Of a stretch of DNA of 64,000 nt, positions 1 through 12,729 are shown piece after piece. This DNA comes from Octopus sinensis (Eukaryota). The notes under the pieces are model-generated. The model had not been told where the DNA came from. It made no database searches and saw only the letters and a program-made list of their open reading frames with translations. A program made the position numbers and the translations under genes. The first letter of the stretch is position 1. Every line of letters begins with the position of its first letter. The DNA is taken from the NCBI RefSeq assembly GCF_006345805.1, contig NW_021832528.1:1-64000 (forward strand). Direction: 5' to 3'.

Positions 1-860
1 GTTTTAAAATTTTCAGCAAGATTTGCGTAATTAAAAAGATCCCTACTCAGTTCTCCAAGTTTTTGATATCAATCGAGCTCAATTTTTCAGGGGATCAGTT
101 TGAAATATTTTAGGATAATATGCCCTTTTTACAGCTCGTCTAAAACCTTTTTATGTACTCTATTCTGGCGTTTTAAATTTTTCAGCAAGATTTGCGTAAT
201 TAAAAAAATCCCTACTCAGTTCTCCACGTGTGTGATATAAATCAAGCTCATTTTTTCAGGGGATCAGTTTGAAATATTTCTGTATAATATGCGCTTTTTA
301 CAGCTAGTCTAAAACCTTTTTATCTACTCTATTCTGGCGTTTTAAAATTTTCAGCAAGATTTGCGTAATTAAAAAGATCCCTACTCAGTTCTCCACGTGT
401 GTGATATCAATCGAGCTCATTTTTTCAGGGGATCAGTTTGAAATATTTCTGGATAATATGCGCTTTTTACAGCTCGTCTAAAACCTTTTTATGTACTCTA
501 TTCTGGCGTTTTAAAATTTTCAGCAAGATTTGCGTAATTAAAAAAATCCCTACTCAGTTCTCCACGTGTGTGATATAAATCAAGCTCATTTTTTCAGGGG
601 ATCAGTTTGAAATATTTCTGTATAATATGCGCTTTTTACAGCTAGTCTAAAACCTTTTTATCTACTCTATTCTGGCGTTTTAAAATATTCAGCAAGATTT
701 TCGTAATTATTAAGATCCCTACTCAGTTCTCCACGTGTGTGATATCAATCGAGCTCATTTTTTCAGGGGATCAGTTTGAAATATTTCTGGATAATTTGCG
801 CTTTTTACAGCTCGTCTAAAACCTTTTTATATACTCTATTCTGGCTTTTTAAAATTTTCA
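1..860. repeat. 169-bp tandem satellite, about 5 copies visible (runs off the left edge), alternating A/B variants
   Basis: Unit start GTTTTAAAA(T)TTT recurs at 1, 170, 339, 508, 677 and about 846; copies are near-identical. Confidence 0.95.
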
Positions 861-861
861 A

Positions 862-1263
862 CGTTGAAATATTTTTTGGATCGCACATCGAGAGATTTTA
901 AGTTCTTTTGATACTTGTCGCTGACTCATTCCATTTTTCAAAAAACTAATAACTTTTTGACGATTTTTAAAAGATACACGAGGCATGAAATGGAATTAAC
1001 ACGTTCTAGTTAGATTTAAATGGATATTTAACAAAAATAATGTAATTAAATCTAAATATATTTTAAATAAATAAAGTGGCCTCTTTTCATTGCATGGCCT
1101 AGAAAAGGTCAAATTTAATAAATTAAATAAAATTGGCATTATAATGAAAAATAACTTTTATATTTAGTTTTTTTTGGATAATTAAGACGAACAAAAAGAG
1201 TTTGCTGAATTTTTTAGAAAATTTCATACTTTAATTTTCGAGTATTTCTATTGCACGGGACTG
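862..1263 (-). mobile_element. Tc1/mariner 5' end: TIR plus N-terminal HTH coding sequence, truncated by the satellite
   Basis: Minus strand TA|CAGTCCCGTGCAATAGAAA terminus at 1263; ATG at 986 reads MPRVSFKNRQKVISFLKNGMSQRQVSKELKISRCAIQKIFQR (paired-like HTH). Confidence 0.65.
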
Positions 1264-1265
1264 TA

Positions 1266-1540
1266 TTAATAAGACTTTTTGCGTATTCTATTTTGAGTTA
1301 ATTCCAAATGGATTATATTTTTGCAAATAAATGTTCCTTTTTCAAAAATTCTCTTCCTTTGATTTTTTCTTTAATAAAGGCCCAAACATTCTCTATATAG
1401 TTTAAATCTGGGCTTTGTGTTGGCCATAGTAGCAATTCGATATTATTTACTTGAAAAAACCTCTTTGCTATTGCCGAAGTATGTTTCGGATGATTGTCTT
1501 GTTGGTAACTAGGATCAAGACTCTTCTCATCCAAGTCACA
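1266..1540 (-). mobile_element. Tc1-family DD34E transposase catalytic fragment
   Basis: QQDNHPKHTS...WPTQSPDLNYIENVW motif. Confidence 0.85.
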
Positions 1541-1544
1541 AAAT

Positions 1545-1985
1545 CTCTATTCTAGAAAACAAAAGACACATCATTTCTACTCTGGCCGATCAATGTAGAT
1601 GTCTTTCAAAAATACTCTCAACCAACAATGGGAAAACTGCGAATAAACTAATCCATGACTACATCTCCTCTGGTGCTATCAGGATGCTTAAAAACAACAA
1701 ACTTCTCAACTCTCCCCCCCCGCCGGTACACTCCTCAGAGCAATCACTCGGCAGATATCTCCGTGTCCAGCTTGCTCAGATTCGCTCGGGACATCATCCA
1801 CTCATCTTCGAAACATACCGTTCCTTCACCCCCGAAGACCTCTTCCCCTGTCCTGGACCGCCTCACTTGTCTCCGCCTATTGGGATTCGGGATCTCTGGA
1901 AGCGCCCGATCTTCGCGTCTCGCTACCTGATTGCAGCCGGCCTACGTGCTAGTGAAGCCGGGGTAACATAACCAACTAACTAACT
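1545..1985 (+). mobile_element. 3' end of a non-LTR retrotransposon (relic)
   Basis: PPPVHSSEQSLGRYLRVQLAQIRSGH resembles LINE ORF2 C-termini; ends in a short (TAAC)n tail at about 1969-1985. Confidence 0.55.
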
Positions 1986-2049
1986 TGGTTTCACCTTCGC
2001 TTGGTTTCATTCTCAGCTAGTGACATAATAATTGTATAACGACAGTGCG

Positions 2050-2820
2050 TATTCGTTTATGCAGTAAACACATACCAGAGTTAGGTATTGTTTTCATAAA
2101 TTAATTATTCTATCCATGAGTTTCGTTGGATTGACCTCATAACTTTCTCTTTAATGACATTACTTTCTTTGTCTTTGTAATCCACAAATAATGGTACTTT
2201 TTCATTCTTCCTTAGGTTTAAAAATAAGATATTGTCCAGCTTGGAGACAGATTTTTGAGGATTCAACTCCAACTCAACAGTTTCGAAAATGTGCATCATT
2301 TCTACAATTTTATTCTCTTTGTGTGCAATGAATTTATGATCGTCTACAACGAACAAATGGTTTGTCGAGTTAGTCTCCGTATAACGATCACTTTGGTTAA
2401 TTACAAATTTATGAAATTTTGCATTTAGTATTTCTCTAAGAGGATCCATGATCAGATTTGAAGGAGATGATGAGTCCCTATTTGTAATCTTACGACAAGT
2501 TTTATGTTTTCAACCATTTATAGTATTTATTCACTTACTTTATGTCCTCATTCAGCATTCAAAAAAGCGTATTACGTGAATGACTTGGGAGCTTTCCCCA
2601 CCAGTTTCGTAGAATTCTTTGATCGTGATATTTGCCAGCGTGCGTAATTCAATTCCTAAAAGGTATCAAACAACTTACAACCATGATTAGGGGACTTGGA
2701 ATCGAGAGGGGATCCTTCACTAAAGACAAACCACTTAAATCCTATGAGAGAGCAAAATTGCTTTCAGTGGAAGAGACCTCTGTCAATTGCTTTTTGAAAT
2801 TAATAAATATTGATGGTATG
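2050..2820 (-). mobile_element. Highly degraded RT-like relic
   Basis: HLFVVDDHK and ELNPQKS weakly resemble the RT YxDD region and the following motif; AT-rich and broken. Confidence 0.3.
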
Positions 2821-2863
2821 TTAAATAAAATTAAGTTTGGTTTCAAATAAATTAGTTAATTTG

Positions 2864-4548
2864 ATGATACGTGTCATGCACATTTGGTGGATTATCTACT
2901 CGGTGTATGCCCTGGAAATCCTAAACGTGGAGAGTCACGTGCGGATGAGGGGGGGACTGGTGGAGGTGACAAGCACAATGGAAACAGACTCGGGAAGTGA
3001 GGGACTGTTGCACTGCATATCGCCGAAGTATGTGAGGAATGTGTCGTCGGCAATGGTATAGTGTTGTGAGAGGTCAGTTAGTGGAAGAAGGACTGAGCCC
3101 TCTGAGGGAGTGGAATGGGTGTTATGAAGTGCCAGTGCGGAATGGGAGAGTGAGGATATTGACAACATTGATGGGAGTGGGATGTGCGCGGGAGGAGGGT
3201 GTGGTCGTGACATGTAGTGTGGTGACTGAGTGGCAGTGAATGGGGTGGTCTACTCTCCCTACCCAATCAGACGACAGTCGACTGTCATTCACGGCACATT
3301 CCTCGACTATGAGAGAGGAGTGTTGGAGGGGAATACTCTGAGGGTGGACACACTGGACGTGCCCCCCTACTCCCAAGTACTCCCTCCCCTCATTGCAGGA
3401 TGACCTGTCCGTCTACTTGCTGGCCGACGACCCCCAGCTGAGCATCACACAGTACAAGCGGAGGATTGCCATATCGCAGTGGGGGACAGTGCAGGTGAGT
3501 GAAGTGGTCGAGTTGGTCGAGTCATTGGGGAGACAGGTGTCTTCGGTGGTGACGCGTGTGCCCCTGGGGAGTTCCCGGGTGTATTTCCGTGACCAAGTGG
3601 GGAATATCTCGACGAGTGCAGTGGACGGGCAGTTGGTCACTCTCACATTCCGATTCCCCCTCCGCAGTGGGTGGAACACACAATTCGAGTTTGGGTATCA
3701 ACTCCCCGCCCATTTGTGTGTGCACGTCCGTGGTTGGCCTGGTCTGTCAGTCTAGATGGACAATATGTGTTTGAACACTCCCTCATGTCCACCTTCTTCC
3801 AACACCAGTCCGTCCACAACATGCAATTGGAAATTGTGTTGCCACCTCACTCCACGGGTGTCCTCATCCACACTCTCCCTGTCCAGGCAGGCAACTATTC
3901 CGCACATCTCGATGTCCTCTCCCCTCGACCCACACTCCTTCTCACTGCCACCAATCTCAACCCTCTCCACGCACAACACATTCGCGTACTCCACATGCTC
4001 ACTCCTAGGTCGCATACACTCACTCCACTCACATGCTACTACTCAAGCCTCTCCTCCTCTCCCTCTTTGTCCTACTCCTCTTTGCTCTCCTCATCATTCT
4101 CACACGTCTCCACTTGCCCATCCTCCCTCCACACACTTCACACTCCCCCACCAATCAACTCCTCACCCTCATCCAACGAATCCTCGACATCTCACACTGC
4201 CAACCAACCATCGACGCATTCAAACGCTCTAAGGACCACTCCTCTTTTCAACACTTTCGCACACACTTCGATCGGGACATTCTCCACTTGACCAATCAGG
4301 TCATCGCCATCGAACAACACATCACCACTGGCATCGACCCTGTCCTCGACCATCTCCTCGCCAGTTCCAACAGAATGCGCGAATTGCTCGCCAAACTGAA
4401 TGTTCTCCTTCACAAAACGATGGTCAATGCGGGCAAGTTGGTGAGTGATGTCATGTCTCCCTCCGACTACTCTGCTTTCGAGATTGACAATATTGCCCAG
4501 CGCACTGATCTGGTCACTGCCATCGAGAACATATTGCACGATTTGTGA
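2864..4548 (+). CDS. RPN1: Ribophorin I (oligosaccharyltransferase subunit 1), about 6 exons
   Basis: Signal peptide; YSPYP, RRIAISQWG, YFRDQVGNISTS and RFPLRSGWNTQFEFGY motifs; TM helix LLKPLLLSLFVLLLFALLIIL; frames joined by 22-23 nt GT-AG introns. Confidence 0.9.
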
Positions 4549-4583
4549 TCTAATTCTCTAATCATTTGGTTTATTAGAATTAA

Positions 4584-5033
4584 TTAGTTGTTTTGGGGTG
4601 AGCGGACGACCCTCGTTTTGGAAAAGTATCCAACTGGAGGGGGGTGGATGCCCAACTCCTCGGACATGCACGAGTCAAAGTCCCGGCGGTATTTGCGGCA
4701 TCTACAAGTGAGTGGAATGTGCTACCGAGTTATGTCCATCAGGCTGCCCGACTCCAAGTCGATGCATTTGGCATATTCCTGGAAGGACTGCCCACAATGC
4801 TTCCTTATTTGCCCAAACAGTTCGACTCCGCACTTTGTGACGGCCACTCCTTGGGCAATGCACTTCCGGGGGTCCTTCTCTTCTTTGGAGCACAGCATGA
4901 ATTCCTTCGACTGCCGGTCACAGTATGCCCCAAAGTGGAGTGCCCCTGCTCGCAGAGAGGGCGAGGACAAGTTTATTTCCTTCGTCGCCAGTTCTTCGTC
5001 TGAGGGAAACGAGACTTGGCTAGTTATGACCAT
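4584..5033 (-). CDS. NDUFA8: NADH dehydrogenase 1 alpha subcomplex subunit 8
   Basis: Twin CX9C pattern, KEFMLCSKEEKDPRKCI, CRKYRRDFDSCM; one 24-nt intron. Confidence 0.9.
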
Positions 5034-5082
5034 CCACACACAAGAAATAAGTAATACTAATTTTTTATTCAATTTAAATTAT

Positions 5083-5786
5083 CTAATTAAGAATCCTGAT
5101 CTTCAGTGATTTCTCTTCTTCGCATGGAAGAAGAGACTCTGGACATGCCCACTCCGCAAGATGATTTGCGGAAGAAGCGTACTCTTCGTTGTCTACTTTC
5201 ACTCCATTTGTGTGTTCAATGAGCATACTCTCCAGCATCCTCTTCAGCACAACCGACTGTCCTCGTTCCTTCATTAATGGATATCATATACTTTTAAAGA
5301 ACTATGAGACAAATCCATCCCATGTCAAGACAATTGGAATTAGCTCTTGTGACATTAAGTTTCTGTAGAACTGCCTTCGGTTAAGTTCAAAACACATATT
5401 GTCAGGTGACAATTCTAAATAACTCCCCTTTTTTGACCTTCCGGTATCCATATTGCTCGAATTGTCTCTCAATTCGTCGCTGAATGATTTACTCGTTTTG
5501 TCATTATTAGTTAGTGGTATGACCAACTCGAGTTCCTTCCCAAGTTTGTCAAGCTTCGCGTTCATCATTCCGATCCACTCACTTCTTTTACTGGGTCAAT
5601 GCTCGCTGGCCGAGATGTCAGTCGGTTGATCTGCTTTCATAAATTCCCCAATCGAGGCATCTATCCCTGTCAACATGTCTTTATTAAGAAACTGATAGGG
5701 AACTTTCCTGGTCGGCCTCCGTAAAGGCCTCTGCTTGGGGGAAGGGTTGTGAGATAAGGCAGTGGGCAGTCCTTGGGCCACTTCAT
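5083..5786 (-). CDS. Probable multi-exon gene of unknown function
   Basis: Three consecutive same-strand ORF segments filling the space between NDUFA8 and KDELR; no family recognised and splice model unresolved. Confidence 0.35.
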
Positions 5787-5857
5787 CTATGGAGAGAAGA
5801 TAATAGTTTTAGAAAAGTAAAGAATAAAAGTAATAATAAATAGTGTTGACGTGTAGA

Positions 5858-6514
5858 ATGAATGTGTTCCGTTTGTTGGGCGACATGTCTCATTTGTGTG
5901 CGATGGTGGCACTGTTGTGGAAGATGTACAAGACCAAGTCGTGTCTGGGTATGTGTGTGGTGGGACGAGTAGGCGTGTCGAGGAAGACCCAAGTGCTGTA
6001 CGTGTGTGTGTTCGTGTGTCGCTACGGGAGCATGTGGTGGGTGTATGTGTCCTTGTACAACTCGGTGATGAAGGTGACGTATATCCTCACCAGTCTGGCC
6101 ACGGTGTGGGTGATGGTGTTCAAGTACGGCAGCACATTCGACAAGAGAAACGACACTTTTCCCTACGCATACTTGTTGGTCGGCTGTGCTGTCCTCGCCC
6201 TCCTCGTCACTCGGCAAGTCCGCCTGGCCTTGTGGACATTCTCCCTCATGCTCGAGTCCGTGGCCATGCTCCCCCAACTGTTCATGATCACCAAGTCGGG
6301 GGAGGCACACACCATCACCTCCCACTACATCTTCTTTATGGGCATATACAGACTATTCTACATTTTCAACTGGGTCTATCGATACTACACTCAACACTTT
6401 TTCGACATCACCAGTGTCGCCACCGGCATACTCCAAACCATCCTCTACCTTGACTTTTTCTACCTCTACGTCTACACTGTCCTCAAGGCCAGGAGTATGT
6501 TCATTCCACTCTGA
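5858..6514 (+). CDS. KDELR: ER lumen protein retaining (KDEL) receptor
   Basis: MNVFRLLGDMSHL, LWTFSLMLESVAMLPQL, TITSHYIFFMGIYRLFYIFNW, QTILYLDFFYLY; in-frame 24-nt intron at 5949-5972. Confidence 0.95.
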   Translation: MNVFRLLGDMSHLCAMVALLWKMYKTKSCLGMCVVGRVGVSRKTQVLYVCVFVCRYGSMWWVYVSLYNSVMKVTYILTSLATVWVMVFKYGSTFDKRNDTFPYAYLLVGCAVLALLVTRQVRLALWTFSLMLESVAMLPQLFMITKSGEAHTITSHYIFFMGIYRLFYIFNWVYRYYTQHFFDITSVATGILQTILYLDFFYLYVYTVLKARSMFIPL

Positions 6515-7220
6515 CTGCTCAATATATGCTTTATTATTTATTTTTGTTCACTACCCTTCCTTCCATTGAGAACAAGGGTAGTATGACCCAAATCATTGGA
6601 AGCCTACTACTGGGGGTAATTAATCTTAATTGAGTGTTCGGGGTGTTTTTAATAGTATTCTGCGTGATCATCTGTTCATACTCGCTGTATATCCTCCCTA
6701 CTCCCAAACACCTAACTGTTTTTTACAAAATCATGTCCAGCAGACCAGCCGTGCTCTCTATTATTCTTAAATATGTCCAATTCCGAGATCATCCACTTAT
6801 CTGCTGATCGTGATTGTCGGATTAAGAAACACCGCTCGTGATGATCTGATTATTCTTGGATTGCCCATTTCAGACAAGCTTGTTGTCACTCCTCTCAAAT
6901 TCTAATCGAAAGACCGCACTAAGCGCCTATTAAAGTTGGACTCACATGCTTCCTTTTTCTGATGAAGAATTTTCAATATGCTTCCTCATAGTTATGTGTG
7001 CGCTGGGAACGTCGAACGATGTGGTCTCCATTCAGACATGCATCGACATCGTAGAGAGCAGTTGATCTTTCTGTAATTCTTTAACCTGTTGGGTTTGACT
7101 GTAACGCCTTGAGGAAATGAGGGCAGAGGGAGATTATTATTATTAATACTCGAAAATTAAATTAGTCAGATGATTTGAGGAGTTAATGTTAAAGAGAGTA
7201 TAAATAAATAGTATTAGAGA

Positions 7221-7833
7221 ATGTGGTTGTGGGACTATGTGAAGGACATGTTGAAACAGCTGGGTAGTGTGATAGTTAGAAGTGTAAGGACTGATGAACA
7301 AGTCGGGGGTGATACTACTACTGGGAATAGATGACGCAGGGAAGACGACTCTGTTGCAGTATCTGAAGACAGGGGCAATGCACACACACAACCCGACTCT
7401 GCATGCCAGTGAGGAGTGTGTGGTGAGGTAGATTGTGAGGAGTTGACGATGGGGGGTGTGAATATGCAGGCGTATGACCTGGGAGGACACGAGCAGGCTC
7501 GGCGAGTGTGGAAGGACTATCTGGTGACAGCGGATGCGATCGTGTTCATAGTGGATGCGGCAGAGAGGAGTCGAGTGGAGGAGGGGAGGGAGTGTCTGCA
7601 GGTTGGCCCGTCCCCCATTGCAGTCCGTGCTCACCTCCACCAACATTCCCGTGGCAGTGCTGGCTAACAAGGTGGACAAACCAAATGCAATGGGGCCTGA
7701 CGAGTTCGTGCACACCTTCGGACTGTACGGACACATGAAGGCACTCCGCCCTTTGCAAGTGTTCATGTGCTCGATAAAGAAGAGACACGGCTACCAGGAA
7801 GCATTCGCGTGGTTGGCCAACTACATTAAATGA
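7221..7833 (+). CDS. SAR1: Small GTPase Sar1 (COPII)
   Basis: GIDDAGKTT, DLGGHEQARRVWKDY, NKVD, LQVFMCSIKKRHGYQEAFAWLANYI; three introns of 22-25 nt. Confidence 0.95.
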
Positions 7834-7839
7834 TGTTAT

Positions 7840-8869
7840 TTAATAAAGCATTAGTCGTTCCAGCACGTCCGTGTTCAGTCGCAGGTACTGCAGACGGTAG
7901 GCAGCCGGGAGGCCTGTTGTCTTGCCGCATTGGTGACACGTTATGTCCCAGAACGTCGACTTGAGTTGTCCCAGCACACACCTCTCGCACATGTTGTGCA
8001 GACAAAACAGGCGCAGAGGCCGTCTGTTCACGTTGTCGAACCTGCCTGTCACACACACACCATACACACACGCACTGCCGCAACACGACAAGTACTCCGC
8101 CGACTCCAATTCACACTCCGGAATGTCCCCCCAGTTCGGCATGCTCCACGCTGATGGAAAGTAGTAGGGGATTACACTCGCACTCTCGATACTACTCAAC
8201 ACTGATTGTCTGCTCACTCTGCCCTCACCACTCACACTTACATGCTCACTCCGCTCTTCCTCCCTGTCGAGAACCCACTCCTCATTGTCGATCCACTCAC
8301 TGACCCTTCATTGGAAACCACTCCACTCCTCATTGATCCATCATTGGAAGGGCACGACTCCTTGTTGACCCTTCATTGGAACCCACTCCACTCCTCATTG
8401 ACTCCTGACTCGAGACCACTCCACTCCTCATTGACCCTCCATGGGAAATTGTAGAGGCAACACTCCTCACTGATCCGTGATTGGAGGAAGCACCACTCCG
8501 CACTGACCTTCCCTGGGAAATTGTAGAGGCAGCACTCCCCACTGATCCCCCAGAGGAGACTACACTCACTGACCCGTCATTGGAGGGGACGCCACTCCGC
8601 ACTGACCTCCCATGGGAAATTGTAGAGGCAGTACTCCTAACTCCACTTGTGAGGGATGCCCGACTGGACACACTCTGCACTCCACTGTGGACACTCCCCC
8701 TCACTCTTCTGATGATTGGAGGGGGATGAATATATTCGGTTGCTTTATAAGAGTATAGACTGTGTTTGCCCCACTCGGAGGAAGTGTCCCCATTAAGACC
8801 GTCCATTGATTGTGCGACCGGGTGGGTGGGCTTGCACACATCATTCGACTGGCTGGCCGATCTGCGCAT
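7840..8869 (-). CDS. Ser/Gly-repeat protein with C-terminal RING-HC finger
   Basis: RPLRLFCLHNMCERC...ITCHQC RING pattern; internal tandem repeats at about 8270-8640; intron GTAAGT...GCAG near 8220-8241. Confidence 0.65.
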
Positions 8870-9479
8870 TACAAAATCGAGATGCTGTGTAATCAGTATT
8901 ACTATACAGAGTTGGGTGTAGGACAGTCAATCACACTTTCATTCCCCATCCGAAATAATAAATGCGCAACACAGGGCTACAATTCTAAAATATTATGAAA
9001 TGCAAATCTTTATTTTTTTACTTCAAATCACGTTAACCACCATAAATATATTTATTGTTTTTAAACAATTAAAATTGTTGTGGGAATTATTTCTAACAGT
9101 GTTTTATATGATCTGTTGGAGAGAGTTTATTTCGGAAATGAAAACAGTTATGTCGATAAAATATCTGACCGCATTTTAATTGTAATTGATTAGCACATTC
9201 CTTCCATTTTTGTTTAATCCCAAATTATCACTAACCTATTCTTCGTTTTCAAAAGTAGGATCCATTATTTGGACTTGCTGCATTTACATGGTATTCGGAA
9301 ACCTAAGTATATTTATTTCAAAATTCTTTTAATGAACGGGAAAAGTTACACAAATTTTGCAATCTTTTATAATTTGTTTAATAATTGGGAGTTTTAAGTA
9401 AAATAGAATTCACAACACTTCTTATGATGCTTTTGTATTCCCCAGTGGCATTCTTGGTGAATATCGAATGTCTTCATCC

Positions 9480-11650
9480 TCAAATTAAAGCGAATAACCA
9501 ATGTGTGTTTTTGGTTATTGTCGTGCTTTAGATAAAGATTATGAGTTAGAGATGGTAAGTATACCGATCGTCAATTATTAATCGATTTGCTTTTTTATAG
9601 GTTTGTATTTTCGGATTTAGATGTGGTTGTTATTGGTTTTTAAAGTACATTTACAAGATTTCCGTATTCACTGGCATTTTTCATAAGGTTTGTGACTATG
9701 ATAACATCTTTTGAGGGAAACTAATTCAAATGACGCTAAGCTCTTTTTTATAATAATTTTACAATGTCAAGTATGAGGGTCGCCATGTCAAGTGTTTAGG
9801 TGGCGAGCGTGGGACGCGACATATATTGCTTCACTATCATATGGGAGGAAGATGTCGAAGAAGTCTGCAGGAGAGGATGTGGTGGATGTATCACTAACTT
9901 ATCTTTCCTATTCACTTTCAAAAGTATGATCTTTTATTTCAATTAACCCTTCTTTACTGTAATGTAAAAGGTTCTAGAAAAAGCCCAATTGCGGGAATAT
10001 CCTGAGTGGTGAATCTCCGGAGAGTATTTGTCAAGCTGTTGTCAGATGTAATTGTTAATCAATTGTTTGTGTAGAGAGGTTGTAGAGATTAACACTCCCA
10101 CTGAATGGATTGTTTTCTTTTAGGTTTTCTGTTTGCAATATGAATTGGAATATTTCCGCCATTTTTGGTGCCCTCAAGTTCAGGGAACAATTCCGGTCGA
10201 GAACCCAAGATATGTTTGAGGTGGAGGGGACAAGGCAAGTGTGGTATATGAGCAGTGCCAATGGAGTGCAACAATGCTGAGACTACATTTATTGTGGAGT
10301 ACATGAGTAATCTATATTTGCTGATGGGGAAGGCTGATTACCCATCATCTATATACCGTAGATGTGAGTCACCAACTCAATTTTTGTTGTTGTTGCGTTA
10401 CCCCAATCTCACATTAGATTATGAGACCAGCATCTATCAGAAACGACAGCGCCTGTCAGATTACTTCCATAAGACTTTGGGGGAGTGAATAGCAAATTTT
10501 TCGCCGAGTAGAAGACCAGGACAGTGGAATAGATGAGCATTTGAGTGTTTGCCAGCACAGAAAATGCTATAGAAGGGGAAGATCGAGTTGTCCATTTTGT
10601 GTGCATAGTGGTTTAGTTAGCGGTGATGCACTGAGCGGAAACAAGCAAGGTTTATTTGAGTGGAACGGTCAAGAAGCATTTCTGAAGGGTGAACATCTGG
10701 TAGGAATTTATTGAGGACCGAGTTAGGCGTCAGCTTGAGAATTGATGACGTTGAGATGAAATCGTGAATTCTTTTCATTGGATGTGAACAACGGTGCAGG
10801 CCATCAATTTTAGCAATGGTCGGGAATATAGAGTCGCCGACGTGTTCTACGCTGAACGACCATTTCCGTTTAGCATATTTAGAGCAGAACAAAGATGATA
10901 GGGGATTCACGATGTAAAAATTTCGAAAGTGTTGTTAATTGAGTAGTTGTTGAGTGTAGTGGTTTAAAACCATGTTGATTATGAGAAGTTAGCAAATGTT
11001 TGGATATTTGGCAAGGATTAGTCTTTCAAGGATTTTCGCTAGCCTACACAAAAGAGAGATTGGGCAGTAGGAACTTGAATGCCAACCGGTTTGTTTGGTT
11101 TGATCAATTGAATGATACATGATTTCTTACAAACAGATGGTATTTCGTTTTTTGCAACAGAATTGTTGAAAATAGACTATTGCATTGATAGCATTAGGGC
11201 AAGTCTTTTGAGATGATAGATTGAAATGTTGTGAAGGCCAATTGCAGAAAAGTTTTTTGAGTTTTTAATGCATTGCGAAACTTTATTCGCAGTAAAAGTC
11301 GGTATAGAATTATAAGGGCGTTTACTTTGTGGATGTAACTTTGGGAGAATTTTTTATAATTCCTTGAGGAATGAATTTGGCGATGAAGAGGGAATTTAGA
11401 TAATTGACTGTGTCATTCGAGCGAAAGCTGTTAATTTCGAAATCATTCAATGATTTTTCTAGAGCAAGACGGTAATTATCCAGCTCGTTTGTAATTCGTT
11501 AAACAACAGCGTTGAATTTCGATATTAGATTTAGGGCAATCTCAATAATAATCGGGTTGTGGTTAGAATTTAGGTCGTAGATGACATTCCAGAAAGTGAC
11601 AGAGGCCAGAATTGGAACACACAGCGAGTTGTCAGCAGAAAAAATTGCAT
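9480..11650 (-). mobile_element. Degraded non-LTR retrotransposon RT relic(s)
   Basis: Minus-strand SSYCPISLLCRLAKILERL (about 11020-11080) and NQHGFK (about 10965-10985); many stops; boundaries approximate. Confidence 0.6.
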
Positions 11651-11826
11651 CTCCCTTTCTTGACGGGGTTCTGGTGAGGGATTGTTGAGGAGACTAAACC
11701 ATCAAATTAGTCGAATAGCAGTGATCCCGTTGAGTTGAGAGATTAATTTTGTACCAACTCAGTTGACAAGTGTGGCTAACTTATAGTACATGGGGAAGAG
11801 GGATATAGGAAAGAAGTGTTAGTAAA

Positions 11827-12686
11827 TTATTGTTGAGGGGGAGGGCGTGGCTGCCTGAATGCGTTTTGTATTTGTTCGACAGCGGCAGGATTGGTTTCCT
11901 TCAACTGTTGAGCGAACTGTTGTCCCCTGTGAATGAAAGAGAGAGAGGACATTTGCATGAGTGCGGAGAGGTCGGGGGAGTCATTTCCCTGGAGGAGATT
12001 GCCGACCATGGACTGCATGTTGGGGTCACTCATAAGCTGGGAGGCCTACACATGAGAGAGGGGGAGACTATGCTCATTATGTCGGGAGTGTCCCCCATCT
12101 CCCTCTTGGCCAACTGGAGGTTGTCCTTGTAGGAAGTCTTGGTGTCGTCCAACTGCACGGCCATTTCGAAGGCCTGGACAGCGCGGGGGAAGCGATTGGT
12201 GGCCAAGCAGGCGGATCTGTGGTGAGAGGGGGAGAATACCCGACTCGACCGTACGCCTGAGCATAGTTGGGACTCAGTTGGACTGCCCTCTCCCCGTCGG
12301 ACAGTGCCTCCTCGTACCGTCCCAGATTATAGTAGGCCGCTGATCGGTTGCTGTAGTACGTGCTGAGTGGATTGGCCTCAATAGCCTTGGTGTAGCACTC
12401 CAATGCCTCACTCGCCCGTCCTCCCCGGATGCACTCATTCCCCCGCTCCTTCCACTCCTCCCCCTCCTTCTTCCTCTCCTCACTCACTTGCATTGTCCAA
12501 TACAACTCCTCCAGGTTGTACTTGCTGTACTCCTCCTTTCCTATCTCGAATGCTGACTCCAAACACTCCACAGCCACTGCAATCACACACACTCTTACCT
12601 TGCAGGCTCCCCGATTTGTCCTCCGATAGTGTCAATGCCTTTCCCTTCACGAATTCGATTATCGCCTTCACTAGTTCACGTTCCAT
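11827..12686 (-). CDS. SGTA: Small glutamine-rich TPR co-chaperone (SGTA/Sgt2)
   Basis: N-terminal dimerisation motif LVKAIIEFV...SLQVAVECLESAF; three TPRs (KERGNE...YYSNRSAAY...YAQAYGRVG); C-terminal MSDPNMQSM/GQQFAQQL. Confidence 0.9.
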
Positions 12687-12729
12687 TCACCACACCACCA
12701 ATATTATTTTATTTATTCATTTTAACACT

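Noticed and set aside
1-860. CRISPR array
   Set aside because: Whole 169-bp units repeat with no unique spacers, and the context is eukaryotic
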